Below, one piece after another: positions 62,094-64,000 of a stretch of 64,000 bases of DNA. The position numbers and the translations under genes are program-made. The stretch comes from Nemertoderma westbladi (lineage: Eukaryota > Animalia > Xenacoelomorpha), in assembly GCA_032718475.1 (NCBI GenBank), contig JAUCBJ010007134.1, positions 4,242 to 68,241 of the forward strand. Direction: 5' to 3'. Position 1 is the first letter of the stretch; the number at the start of each line of letters is the position of its first letter. Under the pieces are notes generated by a model that had not been told where the DNA came from, ran no database searches, and saw only the letters and a list, made by a program, of their open reading frames with translations.

Positions 62094-64000
62094 GCCCCCC
62101 AAACAGTACCCCCCCCCAAGCAGTAGCCCCCCAGACAGCAACCCCCCAGACAGTAGTACCCCAAACAGTAGCCCCTCGGACAGTAGCCCCCCAAACAGAA
62201 GCCCCCCAAACAGTAGCCCCCCAGACAGTAGCACCCCAAACAGTAGCCCCCCAGACAGTAGTCCACCAAACAGTAGCCCCCCAAACAGTTGCCCCCCAGA
62301 CAGTAGCCCATCAGACAGTAGTACCCCAAACATTAGCCCCCCAGACAGTAGCCCCCCCAAATAGTAGCCCCCCAGACAGTAGCCCCCCAGACAGTAGCCC
62401 CCGGAAAGTAGCCCGCCAAACAGTAGCCCCCCCCCCCAAACAGTAGTACCCAAAACAGTAGCCCCCCGGACAGTAGCCCCCCAAACAGTAGCCCCCCAAA
62501 CAGTAGCCCCCCAGACAGTAGCCCATCTGACAGTAGTACCCCAAACATTAGCCCCCCAGACAGTAGCCCCCCGGACAGTAGACCCCGGACAGTAGTCCCC
62601 CGGACAGTAGTCCCCCAAACAGTAGCCCCCCAAACAGTAGTCCACCAAACAGTAGTCCCCCGGGACAGTAGCCCCCGGACAATAGTCCCCCGGGACAGTA
62701 GCCCCCCGGACAATAGTCTCCCGGGACAGTAGCCCCACGGACAGTAGCCCCACGGGTCAGTAGCCCCACGAACAGTAGCCCCCCGGACAGTAGCCCCCCA
62801 AACAGTAGCCCCCCGGGACAATAGCCCCACGAACAGTAGCCCCACGGATAGTAGCCCCCCTGACAATAGTCCCCCGGGAGAGTAGCCCCCGGACAGTAGC
62901 CCCCTTGACAGTAGTAGCCCCACGGAAAGTAGCCCCCCGGACAATAGTCCCCCGAGACAGTAGCCCCCCGGACAGTAGCCCCCCGGGAGAGTAGCCCCAC
63001 GAACAGTAGCCCCACGGGCAGTAGCCCCACGGGCAGTACCCCCCGGACAATAGTCCCCCAAAACAGTAGCCCACCGGACAGTAGCCCACCGGGACAGTAG
63101 CCCCCGGGACAGTAGCCCCACGAACAGTAGCCCCACGGATAGAGCCCCCCGGACAATAGTCCCCCAAAACAGTAGCCCCCCGGATAGTAGCCCCCCAAAC
63201 AGTACCCCCCCGGACAGTAGCCCACGAACAGTAGCCCCACAGACAGTAGCCCCCCGGACAGTAGTCCCCCAGAACAGTAGCCCCCCGGACAGTAGCCCCC
63301 CAAACAGTAGCCCCCGGGACAGTAGCCCCCGGACAGTAGCCCCCTGGACAGTAGCCCCCCGGACAGTAGTCCCCCGGACAGTAGCCCCCCGGACAGTAGC
63401 CCCCGGACAGTAGCCCCCCGAACAGTAGCCCCCGAACAGTAGCCCCCCGGACAGTAGCCCCCGGACAGTAGCCCCCGGACAGTAGCCCCCTCCCCCAGAC
63501 AGTAGCCCCCCGGACAGTAGCTCCCCGGACAATAGCCCCCTGGACAGTAGCTTCGCGGACAGTAGCCCCTGGATAATAGCCACCGGACAGTAGCCACCGG
63601 ACAGTAGCCCCCTGGACAGTAGCCCCCAGGAAAGTAGCCCCCCCACATACCCCCAGGACAGTAGCCCCCCCGGACAGTAGCCCCCCGGACAGTAGCCCCA
63701 GGACAGTAGCCCCCCAGACAGTAGCCCCCCAACAGTAGCCCCCGGACAATAGCCCCCCAGACAGTAGCCCATTACTAGCCGTCAATACTCGTTCTGTCTC
63801 TCTCTACATTTCCTGGCTTCGCATCCTGAGAATGCCATCAGTTGCGGGGCGAAACCTACCGATCAGCTGGCTGCCGTCAGCTGATCACTGATTGCATGCA
63901 ACGTCTAGGTCTTGTAGTTTTATAGTTTTTTTACATACTTTGGCACTGACATACCTACCGGTAAGGTTTTTACTTAACGTGCTTGATCAATAAATAAAAT

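Larger units (their letters stand above)
58451..63770. repeat. ~15-17-bp C-rich minisatellite (GACAGTAGCCCCCC[GG/AA/AG])n, interrupted by two insertions
   Basis: Blocks at 58451-58510, 60214-61815 and 62090-63770. These explain the GGYCLG/GATVW/GLLSG ORFs. Confidence 0.95.

Noticed and set aside
60126-63785. Gly/Cys/Tyr-rich ORFs resembling structural proteins
   Set aside because: Translations of a variable-length minisatellite with constant frame switching.

Overview
Eukaryotic (animal, probably bilaterian marine invertebrate) repeat-rich window that looks like a chromosome end. It opens with about 2.95 kb of an essentially perfect 13-bp repeat (CATTCTCTCACTT)n that degenerates only at its inner edge, a candidate non-canonical telomere. 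A subtelomere-like patchwork follows: a hAT remnant, an orphan SRPRA exon, an intronless alpha2-adrenergic-type GPCR, an innexin exon, Ly6/uPAR-like secreted/GPI genes, four large satellites (27 bp, palindromic 22 bp, 34/35 bp, ~16 bp), a near full-length CR1/L2-group LINE nested in an RTE LINE, an 11.2-kb rearranged LTR element with a 5-bp TSD, SINEs and a MULE-like MITE. Leading observations: (1) the candidate 13-bp telomere has no GG dinucleotide, and its 9-bp core recurs in a 10-kb internal satellite; (2) the LINE ORF1 and AUG-less ORF2 are in frame across a UGA-CUA readthrough context; (3) a ctenophore-like innexin exon sits near a bilaterian-type monoamine receptor. All protein assignments come from motif recognition by eye, not database searches.
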